Assembly (NCBI RefSeq): GCF_021246445.1
Contig: NZ_JAJQXW010000001.1
Location: 248,001-312,000, forward strand
DNA length: 64,000 bases
Direction of reading: 5' to 3'
DNA from: Rhabdothermincola salaria
GTDB taxonomy: Bacteria > Actinomycetota > Acidimicrobiia > Acidimicrobiales > Acidimicrobilacustridaceae
Positions 1 through 9,908 of this stretch are shown in pieces (within the stretch, counting starts at the first letter, position 1; the number at the start of each line of letters is the position of its first letter). The translations under genes and the position numbers were made by a program. The notes below the pieces were generated by a model. It was not told the DNA's origin, did no database searches, and was given only the letters and a program-made list of their open reading frames with translations.

Positions 1-3
1 TCC

Positions 4-744
4 ATGAACGTGACCACTGCGACCCTCACCCTGCTCCCGCCTCAGCGGCTCGGTGTCCTCCTCTCGGAGGGGCGACACGCCCGCGGTCGTTCGCTGACCG
101 ACGTGGCGTCGGCGTGCTCCTTCGACGAGGAGGAGCTGGACGCCCTCGAGCGCGGCGACCTGCGTCTCGCCGACGATCAGGTCCAGCCCGTCCTCGACGC
201 CTACGGCGTCCCCGTCGAAGAGCTGATCCCCGCCCGCAGCCAGGTGGTGGTCGACCTCGACCAGGGGCAGCTCCTCGTCGCCGAGGAAGCGGCCGCCATC
301 GACACGTCGGCCCCCACCGCCGACGAGGTCCTCTCGGCCTATCTCTCGCTCGTCTACACGCTGCGCCACGCCGATCCGGGCACGCCGCTCGTGCTGCGCC
401 AGTACGACGTTGCCGTGCTGTCGCGTGCCCTGCGCCTCGCCGAGCCGGACGTCGAGGCCCGCCTCACCGGCCTCATGCGCCAGCCGAGCACCGACCTGAG
501 CCTGTTCCACCGGCTGCTGCGCTCGAAGCTCGTCTTCCCCGTGGTGGGCGCCGTCGTCATCGCCACCGGGGTGGGCACCGTGCTGGTGCTGCGCGCCGGC
601 GACGAGGCCACCCCGCCGCCGGAGCCGGCCACCCGGCCCTCTGCGGTCGAGGCACCCGTCGACCCGTCCGTGTCGCTCATCCCCGGCGCGGTGCAGGAAC
701 GCAACCCCGACGGTTCCCCCGGAGCGGTGCAGGTCGATCCCTGA
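4..744 (+). CDS. XRE-type helix-turn-helix protein with a C-terminal transmembrane segment
   Basis: N-terminal 'RLGVLLSEGRHARGRSLTDVA...ELDALERG' resembles an XRE HTH; hydrophobic stretch 'LVFPVVGAVVIATGVGTVLVL'; Pro-rich tail. Confidence 0.65.
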   Translation: MNVTTATLTLLPPQRLGVLLSEGRHARGRSLTDVASACSFDEEELDALERGDLRLADDQVQPVLDAYGVPVEELIPARSQVVVDLDQGQLLVAEEAAAIDTSAPTADEVLSAYLSLVYTLRHADPGTPLVLRQYDVAVLSRALRLAEPDVEARLTGLMRQPSTDLSLFHRLLRSKLVFPVVGAVVIATGVGTVLVLRAGDEATPPPEPATRPSAVEAPVDPSVSLIPGAVQERNPDGSPGAVQVDP

Positions 745-819
745 CCTGGCCGGGCCGGTCACCTCGACCGTGCCCGGCGCGGTCTCCCCGGCCTCCCCAC
801 GCAGTGCGATGATGGCGCG

Positions 820-1305
820 ATGCGCGACTGGCTCGTGGGCGGTGCAGTCATGGAGGGCCCCGATGGGCTCCTGCTCGTCCAGAACCGGCGCCGCGACGGC
901 CGCCACGACTGGAGCCCGCCCGGAGGCGTGATCGACCGCGGCGAGTCCCTCGTCGAGGGCCTCACCCGGGAGGTCCTCGAGGAGACAGGCCTGACGGTCA
1001 CCGAGTGGGCCGGTCCCCTCTACGAGATCGAGGCCGAGGCCCCCACGCTCGGGTGGCGCCTGCGGGTCGAGGCCTGGAGGGCGGTCAGCTGGCGGGGCGA
1101 CCTCGTCGTCGACGACCCCGACGGCATCGTGGTCGACGCCCGCTGGGTGAGCACCACCGACTGCGCCCTCCACCTCGCCGAGGCGTCGCCCTGGGTGGCC
1201 GACCCGGTGCAGGAGTGGCTGGCCGAACCGTGGGCCGGGCGACGCCGGTACGGGTACCGGATCGTCGGGCGCGATCCCCGGGCGTTGGAGGTCACCCGGG
1301 TGTGA
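820..1305 (+). CDS. NUDIX hydrolase
   Basis: Nudix box 'GGVIDRGESLVEGLTREVLEETGL'. Confidence 0.9.
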   Translation: MRDWLVGGAVMEGPDGLLLVQNRRRDGRHDWSPPGGVIDRGESLVEGLTREVLEETGLTVTEWAGPLYEIEAEAPTLGWRLRVEAWRAVSWRGDLVVDDPDGIVVDARWVSTTDCALHLAEASPWVADPVQEWLAEPWAGRRRYGYRIVGRDPRALEVTRV

Positions 1306-2582
1306 CCGTCCGCGACCGCCCGACGATCCTGCACGTCGACATGGACGCCTTCTTCGTGTCGGTGGAGCTGCTCGACCGTCCTGAGCTTCGGGGCCGTCCC
1401 GTCGTCGTGGGCGGGCAGGGCGAACGGGGTGTCGTGGCCGCCGCCTCCTACGAGGCGAGGGCCTTCGGCGTGCACTCGGCCATGCCCTCGGTCAGGGCCC
1501 GCCGCCTGTGCCCACACGCCGTGTTCCTCGCCGGACGTCACGCGCGCTACGCCGAGGTCAGCGCCGAGGTGATGACGATCTTCCGCCAGGTCACCCCGCT
1601 CGTCGAACCCCTCTCGCTCGACGAGGCGTTCCTCGACGTGGCGGGGGCCGAGCGTCGGATGGGTCCGGCCCCGACCATCGCCGCTCGCCTGCGGGCCCGG
1701 GTGCTCGACGAGGTCGGCCTCACCTGCTCGGTGGGGGTGGCCGCCACGAAGTTCGTGGCCAAGCTGGCCACCGAGGACGCCAAGCCCGGCGTGTCCGAGG
1801 CCGGCCCGGTCCTCGGCGACGGCGTGAGGGTGGTGGCTCCGGGCGACACGCTGGCGTTCCTGCACCCCCTGCCCGTCCGGGCCCTGTGGGGCGTGGGACC
1901 GGCCACCCTGAACCGGCTCGGGCGCCTGGGCATCGTCACCGTCGGGGACCTGGCGGCCACCGATCGGGGCATGCTGGTCGGGGCGCTCGGCCGGGCCCAG
2001 GGCCAGCACCTGCACGATCTCGCCAACGGGCTCGACCCGCGGCCGGTGGTGGCGGACCGACGACCCAAGTCGATCGGCCACGAGGAGACCTTCGCCCGGG
2101 ACCTGCACCGGCGCGGCGAGCTCGAGCGGGAGCTGACCGGTCTGAGCGACGCCGTCGCGGCCCGCCTCCGGGCCCATGGGGTGGCTGGGCGCACGATCAC
2201 GATCAAGGTCCGTTTCGGCGACTTCCACACCATCACCCGGTCGACGACGCTCGACGGGCCCGTGGACGACGCCTCGGCGGTGCGGCGGGCGGCGAGGGGC
2301 CTGCTCGACGGTGTCGACCCGGCGCCGGGCGTGCGCCTGCTGGGCGTGTCGGTCAGCGGTCTCGGCCCGGGGGGCATCCGCCAGCTGTCCCTCGACGATG
2401 CGGTCGACGAGCGGGTGGGTTGGGCCGGGGCCAGCCGGACGGTCGACGAGATCCGAGCCCGGTTCGGCGCCGACGCCATCGGCCCCGCCGCCCTGGCTCG
2501 GCCCGACGGGCTGGACGTGAAGGGCCCGGGACGTCAGCAGTGGGGCCCCGGTGCCGAGGCCGCTCCGGAGGACGTCGGGTGA
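1302..2582 (+). CDS. dinB: DNA polymerase IV (Y-family)
   Basis: Motifs 'ILHVDMDAFF', 'AASYEAR', 'SLDEAFLD', 'KSIGHEETF'; GTG start overlaps the NUDIX stop (GTGA). Confidence 0.95.
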   Translation: MTVRDRPTILHVDMDAFFVSVELLDRPELRGRPVVVGGQGERGVVAAASYEARAFGVHSAMPSVRARRLCPHAVFLAGRHARYAEVSAEVMTIFRQVTPLVEPLSLDEAFLDVAGAERRMGPAPTIAARLRARVLDEVGLTCSVGVAATKFVAKLATEDAKPGVSEAGPVLGDGVRVVAPGDTLAFLHPLPVRALWGVGPATLNRLGRLGIVTVGDLAATDRGMLVGALGRAQGQHLHDLANGLDPRPVVADRRPKSIGHEETFARDLHRRGELERELTGLSDAVAARLRAHGVAGRTITIKVRFGDFHTITRSTTLDGPVDDASAVRRAARGLLDGVDPAPGVRLLGVSVSGLGPGGIRQLSLDDAVDERVGWAGASRTVDEIRARFGADAIGPAALARPDGLDVKGPGRQQWGPGAEAAPEDVG

Positions 2583-2717
2583 CGAAGTGGGGTGTCGCAG
2601 AACCCCTGCTGACGACGAGAAGTCAGATTTCGTCGCGGTCCGCGTTGTCGCCCGGCACGTTTGGTGGGAAGATGGGTCTCCCGGGACACACTTGGGTTGG
2701 TTGAAGGGGTCGAGACG

Positions 2718-3098
2718 GTGCCGCTATCCGAGGACGAACAGCGAATCCTCAGCGAGATCGAGCAGCAGCTCTACCAGTCTGATCCCTCGCTGGCCCGCGA
2801 CATCGCCGACACCACCGTCTACACCTCGGCGTACCGCAACCTGAAGTGGTCGTTGCTCGGGCTGGTGGTCGGTCTCGTGGGCCTGGTGCTCACCCTGGGC
2901 ACCTCGTACTTCCTCGCCTTCGGCGGCTTCCTGGTCATGTTGGTGTCGGCCCTCGCTGCCGAACGCAACGCCCGGCGCCTCGGCAAGGTGGGCATGCAGC
3001 AGATGACCCAGTCGACCAAGGTCGCCGGCCTGCGTGACGCCCTCGGCAACACCAACTCGCGCCTCAAGGACCGCATGCGGCGCGACGACGACGCCTGA
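2718..3098 (+). CDS. DUF3040 family membrane protein
   Basis: 'MPLSEDEQRILSEIEQQLYQSDP' N-terminus plus two TM helices; typical actinobacterial position downstream of dinB. Confidence 0.85.
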   Translation: MPLSEDEQRILSEIEQQLYQSDPSLARDIADTTVYTSAYRNLKWSLLGLVVGLVGLVLTLGTSYFLAFGGFLVMLVSALAAERNARRLGKVGMQQMTQSTKVAGLRDALGNTNSRLKDRMRRDDDA

Positions 3099-3232
3099 CG
3101 GGCACCCGCCCGCACCGTCTCGACCATCGCCGGAGACCGCCGCCCAGGTGTCGCGCCTGGGCCGAGCCAGCCCTCCCTCGGCGGTGAGCAGGAGTGCCCG
3201 GAACCGGTGGCCGGGGCCGCGATGGGGGCGGA

Positions 3233-5677
3233 TCAGCCGTGAGGGCGATCGACGTGATGGCGTCGGGGAGCCCGGTCGGCACCGAGCCGGGGGTCGAGCG
3301 CCGCCAACCACCGACGCCAGCGGGGCAGCCGCTCGGCGACGCAGGCCCTGACCTCGCCGGCGTCGGCTCGGGCCGCGTCGGCCAGGGCCTGGTCGGGCCC
3401 GTTCGGCGCATAGGCAGCGGTGTCGGCGGCGTCGGCCAACCGGTGGAGCGCGGCGGCCTGATCGGGGAGGGCGGCACTGACGCGGCTGGCGGTCTCGGCG
3501 TGGGTCTCGCCCGGACGGGGTGAGAGCCGAGCCAGCGCGAGGTCGTCGGCGACCTCGCGCCAGGTCACGCGGATCTCGGCGGAGGGATCGCCGTGGGCGG
3601 CGTGGCGGCGCCGCCGCTGGGTGAGCGCGCGTCGTCCCGGCACGAGGGCGAGATACCCGGCCGCCGCGGCCAGGAGCAGCACGACGGCGAGGGCGAGGGT
3701 GCCGGCCCCGCCACGACCCGAGGTCGTATCCGCTCCGGCGGCGCCCTCGCTGTTCAGGACGTCGCCGGCTTCCTCGCCGGGGAGGCTGTCGGGGGTCTCC
3801 GGTGTCACGGGCGGCGCCGGCTCGCCCTCGGCCCCCTCGGGTGGGGTGGGCTCGGTGCCTCCGGTGGCAGGCGCCACCTGCGAGGCGCTCTGGCCGGTGT
3901 AGGCCTCGGCGTTGGGCGCACCTCGGCCCGGTGTGGGTTCGAACGGGACCCACCCGTACTCGCCGAGGTAGACCTCGGGCCAGGCGTGCGCGTTGCGCCC
4001 CCGCACCTGGAAGGTGGTGGTGCCCTCGGCCTCGTCGGTGCCCAGCTCGTCGCCCCACGTGAAGCCCACGGCCACGCGGGCGGGGATCCCGAGGGAACGG
4101 GCCATGGCGGCGAATGTCCCGGCGAACTGCTCGCAGTACCCCCGGCGGTTCTCCAGGAAGGCCACGATGGCGTTCCCGCTGTGCCCGGAGTCGACCTCGA
4201 GGTCGTAGGTGAAGCCACCCGAGGTCCGGAAGAAGTCCTGCAGGGCCAGGACCTGCTCGTAGCGGGTGGTGGCCCCGGCCGCGGCGACGACCTCGCGCGC
4301 GGTGGCGCTGGCCACCTCGGGGAAGTCCTCCGGTAGGTCGAGGGCGTCGCCCACCGAGTCCGGCAGAGCCGGGTCCGCTCGCTGCAGTTGCTCCGCGCTC
4401 CACGTGGGGACGAGGGACTCGACGGTGTAGCTGGCCCCGTCGGCATCGGCGAGGTCGGGGTCGACGATCAGGGTGGAGGTCTCCGCCTGATAGCTCACCG
4501 GCAGGTCCGCCGAGACCCCGACGGGCACGGCCGCGGCGGGCAGCCACAGCGTCGAGAGGCTCTGGATGCGGAACTCCTGGTCCACCTGTTCGACCGAGCG
4601 GCTGGGGAAGGAAGGCACGGGAAGCCGGTTCTGCACCCGGTCGTAGGTGCCGCTGGATCGCCAGATGACGCCGTCGAAGTCGTCGAGGGCGGTCATCCGC
4701 CAGTACGCCGGCACCGGGCTCGACACCTGGAAGACCTCGCTCTCGCTGCGCTGCACGAGGCGGCTGCGGATGTCGACCAGCGGGCTGACGGTGACCCGCC
4801 CGTCGTCCTCCTGCAACCCGCGCCAGTCGACGATGGCGTCGGAGTCGGCGCCGGGCAGCCGGGGACCGAGCAGCACGCCGGCGACGAGCGCCATGGCCAC
4901 GATCACCACCCCGACACCGAGGAGGGCCCGCCCGCCGGTGGCGCGCTCGCTCGTGACCCACCCGTTGCTGCGCTCCAGGCGCACGACCCGGTGCAAGAGC
5001 GCGAAGACCAAGGCCGCCGCCACGTACACGACGGCGCTGGCCACCCTCTGACGTCCACCGGCGAGCAAGGTGGCGAACACGAAGAGGGTGAGCGACGGCA
5101 CCACGGCGTCGCGTGACGACCACAGTCGGAACGCCGCCCAGTCGGCCAGGAAGGCGCCGACCCCGACGGCGAGGGCAGCGGCCACGACGAATCCGGTGAG
5201 CACGGGAGCGGGGGCGACCAGCTCGCTGAACGCCGACCACGAGCGGTCGAGCTCGAGCCGGGCGGCGTCGAGCGTGGAGGGGGTGGGGACCAGGGCGAAG
5301 GTCGTCTCGCGGAAGAACAGCCAGGTGGCCACGAGGACCCAGGCCGCGGCGACGGCGAGGAACGACAGGGCGATGCCCACGCCGCGTCGGCGCAGGACGG
5401 CGCTGAGCACGTGGACGGCGCCGGCGATGACCAAGAGAGGCCAGAGGAAGTCGAAGGAGTCGAAGATGCGGGCGAAGCCGTACACCCCGGCAGCGGTGAG
5501 GGCGCCCAGCGCCACCTCGGCGCCGAGCAGGTGCGGCGGGCGGTCGGCCCCCCGACGGGCCGGGCGGGCCGGGCGCGTGCCTCCGAAGCGATCGGCCCGG
5601 GCGTCGGGCGGTGGCTCGAGCGCAGGGGCCGGCGCGGGCCCGTCGGGCGGGGGAGGAGGCGGCGAGGTGATGGTCAT
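3233..5677 (-). CDS. Membrane transglutaminase-like protein (TgpA/DUF3488 plus DUF4129-like)
   Basis: Multi-TM N-terminus; catalytic motifs 'GYCEQFA', 'AHAWPEVY', 'GWVPFEPTP'; ATG at 5677 overlaps the DUF58 stop. Confidence 0.9.
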   Translation of the reverse strand: MTITSPPPPPPDGPAPAPALEPPPDARADRFGGTRPARPARRGADRPPHLLGAEVALGALTAAGVYGFARIFDSFDFLWPLLVIAGAVHVLSAVLRRRGVGIALSFLAVAAAWVLVATWLFFRETTFALVPTPSTLDAARLELDRSWSAFSELVAPAPVLTGFVVAAALAVGVGAFLADWAAFRLWSSRDAVVPSLTLFVFATLLAGGRQRVASAVVYVAAALVFALLHRVVRLERSNGWVTSERATGGRALLGVGVVIVAMALVAGVLLGPRLPGADSDAIVDWRGLQEDDGRVTVSPLVDIRSRLVQRSESEVFQVSSPVPAYWRMTALDDFDGVIWRSSGTYDRVQNRLPVPSFPSRSVEQVDQEFRIQSLSTLWLPAAAVPVGVSADLPVSYQAETSTLIVDPDLADADGASYTVESLVPTWSAEQLQRADPALPDSVGDALDLPEDFPEVASATAREVVAAAGATTRYEQVLALQDFFRTSGGFTYDLEVDSGHSGNAIVAFLENRRGYCEQFAGTFAAMARSLGIPARVAVGFTWGDELGTDEAEGTTTFQVRGRNAHAWPEVYLGEYGWVPFEPTPGRGAPNAEAYTGQSASQVAPATGGTEPTPPEGAEGEPAPPVTPETPDSLPGEEAGDVLNSEGAAGADTTSGRGGAGTLALAVVLLLAAAAGYLALVPGRRALTQRRRRHAAHGDPSAEIRVTWREVADDLALARLSPRPGETHAETASRVSAALPDQAAALHRLADAADTAAYAPNGPDQALADAARADAGEVRACVAERLPRWRRWLAALDPRLGADRAPRRHHVDRPHG

Positions 5678-6882
5678 GGTCGGCTCCCCACCGGGCGCGC
5701 CGTCGACGTGGATCGGGAGCGGCGTTGGACCTCGGCCCAGGCCGCGGCGAACGCGGTGTCCGGTGCGACACGGAGCACCCGGAGGCCTCCGGGTCCCGGG
5801 CTGGTCTGGGGGGAGGCGGCGGTCACCCGGTCGAAGCCCACCGCCATCGCTGCGCCGTAGCGCCGGCCCAGCCGGCCCAGCTGTTCCAGATCGGCGTCGG
5901 TGAACAGGCCTCCCACCACCACCAGCGCGCCACCGGTGGTGCCGGCGGCGAGGGTGTCCAGCGTGCGGCGGAAGCCGCCCTCGCCGGTCGGTCCGATGCA
6001 GGCCAGGTGCTCGAGGACGGCTTCGGCGTGGCCGTGGCCGGCGGCGAAGCCCGAGTCGGCACCGTCGGTGGCGAGGTAGCGGATGAGGTCCTGGCGTCGG
6101 GCTCCGGCGGTGACGAGGCTGGCGGCGGCGGACACCGCTCGCTCGAGGGTGACCTCGTCGTGGCGCGTGACCCGGGCGTCGAGCACGAGCGTCGCTCGCC
6201 CCTGCCAGGGCAACTCGTCCTGGCGCACCATGAGCTCGTCGTGGCGAGCGGTGGAAGGCCAGTGCACCCGCCGGAGGTCGTCGCCCACCACGTAGGCGCG
6301 CAGGGCGTAGAAGTCCTCGCCCGACCGACCCAGCGCATTGGGGTGCTCGGCGCCGGCCATGGGATCGTTGCCCGACGTGAGGGGAAGGGGCGACACGGCC
6401 TCGACCCTTGGGTACACGATCAGCTCGGAGATCCCCGTGGCCGGCATGACCAACCGGGCCAGGCCCAGGGGGTCGGCGATCTCGACCTCGAGCGGCCCGA
6501 TGGAGACGACGCCGCGCCGCTCGGTGGGGAAGCGGTAGGCGGCCCTCGCCGACCCGCCGGGTCGGAGCGGGTTCACGACGAGCAGCGCGCCCCGGGTGCC
6601 CGACACGCGATCGCGCAGGGTGAGCAGCGGCGAGCGTCGTCGCCCCCGATTGGTGACGTGCAGGTCGATGCGCGACGGGGAGCCGGCGCTCACCCGTGGT
6701 GGGTGGAGGTCCCGGCTGACCTCGACCGAGATGCGGGTCACGACGAGCCACAGGCCCGAGAGCACCAAGAGCGCAGCCAACACGGCGCCGGCGACGTAGG
6801 CCTCCACGAACCCGAACACGCGCCCGGCGACCAACAGCGCAGCCGCGCTCACACCGGTGAGCCAGCCTCGACGGGTGAGCAC
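5674..6882 (-). CDS. DUF58 domain protein
   Basis: 'LRAYVVGDDLRRVHWPSTAR...LMVRQ' signature; lies between moxR and the transglutaminase. Confidence 0.9.
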   Translation of the reverse strand: MLTRRGWLTGVSAAALLVAGRVFGFVEAYVAGAVLAALLVLSGLWLVVTRISVEVSRDLHPPRVSAGSPSRIDLHVTNRGRRRSPLLTLRDRVSGTRGALLVVNPLRPGGSARAAYRFPTERRGVVSIGPLEVEIADPLGLARLVMPATGISELIVYPRVEAVSPLPLTSGNDPMAGAEHPNALGRSGEDFYALRAYVVGDDLRRVHWPSTARHDELMVRQDELPWQGRATLVLDARVTRHDEVTLERAVSAAASLVTAGARRQDLIRYLATDGADSGFAAGHGHAEAVLEHLACIGPTGEGGFRRTLDTLAAGTTGGALVVVGGLFTDADLEQLGRLGRRYGAAMAVGFDRVTAASPQTSPGPGGLRVLRVAPDTAFAAAWAEVQRRSRSTSTARPVGSRP

Positions 6883-6885
6883 GGG

Positions 6886-7854
6886 CTACCCGGCGGTGGG
6901 GACCGGGACGGTGGCGACGACCTCGGCCAGGGCGTCGGCCGCGCCGATGCCCTGGAGCTGGGCTTCGGGCGTGACCATGAGGCGATGGGCGAGCGCCGGT
7001 TCGGTGAGGGCCTTCACGTCGTCGGGCACGACATAGCCCCGTCCCTGGCTGGCGGCTCGGGCCCGGGAGGCCCGCAACAGCGAGAGCGTGGCTCGCGGTG
7101 ACATGCCGAGGGCCAGGTGGGGGTGGTGCCGGGTGGCATCGGCCAGATCGACGAGGTAGCCCCGGACGGCCTCGGAGACGTGGACCGTGCGAGCGGCGGC
7201 GATGAGGCCCTGGACGTCGGCGGCGGTGGCGACCGGCGTCAGCCGGGCGAGCGGTTCCACGTCGCCGTGGGTGTCGAGCACGGCGAGCTCGTCGGCCCGG
7301 CTCGGGTAGCCGATGCTGGCCCGCAGCAGGAATCGGTCGAGCTGGCTCTCCGGCAGCGGGTAGGTGCCTTCGTGCTCGATCGGGTTCTGGGTGGCGATCA
7401 CCATGAACGGCGGACCGAGGGGGTAGGTGACGTTGTCGACGGTCACCTGGTTCTCGGCCATGGCCTCGAGCAGGGCCGACTGCGTCTTGGGTGACGCGCG
7501 GTTGAGCTCGTCGCCCAGCACGATCGATGCGAACACCGCCCCGGGACGGAACTCGAAGTTGTCGGTCGAGCGGTTCCAGACCGTCACGCCGACGACGTCG
7601 CTGGGCAGCAGGTCCGGGGTGAACTGGATGCGTCCGAAGCTGGAGTCGATGGAGGCGGCGAGTGCCTTGGCCAGGGTGGTCTTGCCCACGCCCGGGACGT
7701 CCTCGACCAGGAGGTGGCCCTCGGACACGAGGCAGAGCACGGCGAGCTCGATCACCTCGCGCTTGCCTTGGATCGCCCGGGCCATCGAGTCGGTGATGGA
7801 CCCGAACAGGTCGGCGAACGTGGCGGTGCGGACACCGGCTTCCTGGGTGGTCAA
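6886..7854 (-). CDS. moxR: MoxR family AAA+ ATPase
   Basis: Walker A 'DVPGVGKT', 'RIQFTPDLLPSD', 'DELNRASPKTQSALLE', 'ATQNPIE', 'LDRF'. Confidence 0.95.
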   Translation of the reverse strand: MTTQEAGVRTATFADLFGSITDSMARAIQGKREVIELAVLCLVSEGHLLVEDVPGVGKTTLAKALAASIDSSFGRIQFTPDLLPSDVVGVTVWNRSTDNFEFRPGAVFASIVLGDELNRASPKTQSALLEAMAENQVTVDNVTYPLGPPFMVIATQNPIEHEGTYPLPESQLDRFLLRASIGYPSRADELAVLDTHGDVEPLARLTPVATAADVQGLIAAARTVHVSEAVRGYLVDLADATRHHPHLALGMSPRATLSLLRASRARAASQGRGYVVPDDVKALTEPALAHRLMVTPEAQLQGIGAADALAEVVATVPVPTAG

Positions 7855-8052
7855 GACCGAGCTCCTCTCGGCGGGTGCCGACGGGGCCAGAGGCGGGGGG
7901 GAGGACGGTCCAACTGGGCCATCCGCCCGGTCAGGCTAGGTCGCCGAAGGCGGATCCACGAGGTCGGGGCCGTTGGGCCCGCCCGCGGCCGGCCGGCGAT
8001 CGGTGCCGGGCGCCCCGTCGGCACGGAGTGGCGGTCGGTAGGGTGCCGTGGC

Positions 8053-8976
8053 GTGAACGCCGACGACACAGGGGGAACACCCGCCAGGACGTGCCTGGCC
8101 GTCGACATCGGTGGCACCAAGATGGTCGCCGGGCTGGTCGACGCCGAGGGTGTCGTCCTGGTCCGCCGCCAGGTGCCCACCCGGCGCGACCTCACCGCGC
8201 AGGGCCTGTTCGACCTGCTGGCCGGCGCGGTCGACGAGGTGCTCGCCGCCGGACCGGGGCCCGCCCCGGCCGTCGTCGGCGTGGGCTGCGGAGGGCCCAT
8301 GGCTCCCGGCGGCGTCGACGTCTCACCCCTCAACATCCCGGCGTGGCGGGGGTTCCCCCTGCGCGACCACCTCCGCACCCACACCGGGTTGCCCACCTTC
8401 GTCGACAACGACGCCAAGGCGTTGGCGTTGGCGGAGGGCTGGATCGGTGCCGCCGCCGGCGTCGACGACTTCCTCGCCATGGTCGTCTCCACCGGGGTGG
8501 GGGGCGGGATCGTCCTCGACGGGCGCCTCCTCGACGGCGCCGGGGGCAACGCCGGGCACATCGGCCACGTCGTGGTGGTGCCCGACGGGCGCCGGTGCGC
8601 CTGCGGCGGCGTCGGCTGCCTCGAGGCCGAGGCATCCGGCACCGCCATCGCCGCCATCACCGGGCGCCCTGCTGCCGAGGCGAGCGACGAGGTGCGGCGC
8701 CGCACCGGCGTGCTGGTGGGCCGGGCGGTGGCGTCGGTGGCCAACCTCCTCGACCTGCGCTCGGCGCTGGTCGCCGGCTCGGTGGCCCTGGGGTTCGGCG
8801 AGGTCTTCTTCGCCGCCGCCCAGGGCGAGATCGATCGTCTGGCCCGGCTGGAGTTCTCCCGCGGCACCGTCATCTCACCGGGCGGTCTCGGTGGCGACGG
8901 TCCGCTCGTGGGGGCCGCGGCCGTCGGTTGGCGCGGCTCGGCCGCCGGCGCCGACCGTCCGGGAGGCCGACGGTAG
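8053..8976 (+). CDS. ROK family sugar kinase (glucokinase-like)
   Basis: 'AVDIGGTK', 'DNDAKA', 'STGVGGG', 'GHIGH', 'CACGGVGCLEAEAS'; no HTH. Confidence 0.9.
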   Translation: MNADDTGGTPARTCLAVDIGGTKMVAGLVDAEGVVLVRRQVPTRRDLTAQGLFDLLAGAVDEVLAAGPGPAPAVVGVGCGGPMAPGGVDVSPLNIPAWRGFPLRDHLRTHTGLPTFVDNDAKALALAEGWIGAAAGVDDFLAMVVSTGVGGGIVLDGRLLDGAGGNAGHIGHVVVVPDGRRCACGGVGCLEAEASGTAIAAITGRPAAEASDEVRRRTGVLVGRAVASVANLLDLRSALVAGSVALGFGEVFFAAAQGEIDRLARLEFSRGTVISPGGLGGDGPLVGAAAVGWRGSAAGADRPGGRR

Positions 8977-8985
8977 GCTCGGGTC

Positions 8986-9288
8986 ATGGTGCGACGAGGT
9001 CGAGGCAACGGGGCGGGCGCCGCTACCGTCTCGATCGCGTGGATGGGTCGGGCGGCGGTCGCGGTCGTCGTGCGGCCCTGGTTGTGGACCACCGCTGTTC
9101 GCCAGCTCGGCCGTCTGGTGCCCGACCGGTGGTGGCGTCGACGCCCCCACCTGCCGGTGCCCGACCCCGCCTACCTGCGGTTTCGTCTCGTCACCGCCTA
9201 CGGGGGCCAGGGCCACGACCCTCGTCCGGCCGACGTCGTCACCTACCTGCACTGGTGCCGGGCCTGGCCCCGGGTCACGGGCAGCTGA
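8986..9288 (+). CDS. Small hypothetical protein
   Basis: Protein-like sequence ('PDPAYLRFRLVTAYG...DVVTYLHWCR'); TAGGCT -10-like hexamer 6 nt before the ATG; true start may be later. Confidence 0.65.
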   Translation: MVRRGRGNGAGAATVSIAWMGRAAVAVVVRPWLWTTAVRQLGRLVPDRWWRRRPHLPVPDPAYLRFRLVTAYGGQGHDPRPADVVTYLHWCRAWPRVTGS

Positions 9289-9401
9289 GCCGGGCCAGGC
9301 GGGTGCCGTGCGTCCGATCGACCTGACCTGCTCCGCCCGCCGGCCACTACGCTGCGGCCAGGAGCGGGGCATCCGCCCGGCTCGCGGCCCCGAGGGGAAC
9401 C

Positions 9402-9908
9402 GTGGGTGAGCACGTCCTCGTCCTGAACGCCACATACGAACCGCTGAGCACGGTGGGCTGGCAGCGGGCGGTGGTCCTCGTCCTCGACGGGGTCGCCGAG
9501 ATCGTGACCGCGGACGAGCACCGACGGGTGCGCTCGCCGAGCGTGTCGGTGGCCAGGCCCCACGTCATCCGGCTCCTGTCCTACGTGCGGGTGCCCCGAG
9601 GTCGGACCGCCCCCGTCACCCGGCGAGGGGTGCTCACGCGCGACGGCCATCGCTGTGCCTACTGCCGCGGGCACGCCGACAGCGTCGACCACGTGGTGCC
9701 CCGTTCCCGACCCGAAGGCCATCACACCTGGGCGAACCTGGTCGCCGCCTGCCGCACGTGCAACGGTCGCAAGGGCAACCGCACTCCCGAGGAAGCGGGC
9801 ATGCCGCTGCTCGCCAACCCCTTCGAGCCCCGGGGTATCGGGTCGCTGGTGGTGCGGGCCGGCGCCACCCGGGCCGAGTGGATGCCCTGGTTGACGGCCA
9901 CCGGGTGA
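9402..9908 (+). CDS. HNH endonuclease (McrA/HNH_5-like)
   Basis: 'VLVLNATYEPL', 'RDGHRCAYC', 'DHVVPRS', 'NLVAACRTCNGRK'. Confidence 0.92.
   Translation: MGEHVLVLNATYEPLSTVGWQRAVVLVLDGVAEIVTADEHRRVRSPSVSVARPHVIRLLSYVRVPRGRTAPVTRRGVLTRDGHRCAYCRGHADSVDHVVPRSRPEGHHTWANLVAACRTCNGRKGNRTPEEAGMPLLANPFEPRGIGSLVVRAGATRAEWMPWLTATG

Noticed and set aside
2724..5771. 1015-aa Arg/Pro/Gly-rich ORF, and many similar alternate-frame ORFs (e.g. 33413-35704, 52583-55210, 48783-50993)
   Set aside because: Off-frame or antisense overlaps of well-supported genes; low-complexity composition typical of GC-rich shadow frames
3233..7854. moxR-DUF58-transglutaminase as a novel system
   Set aside because: A widespread, already-recognised operon in its usual actinobacterial location, although its function is poorly known
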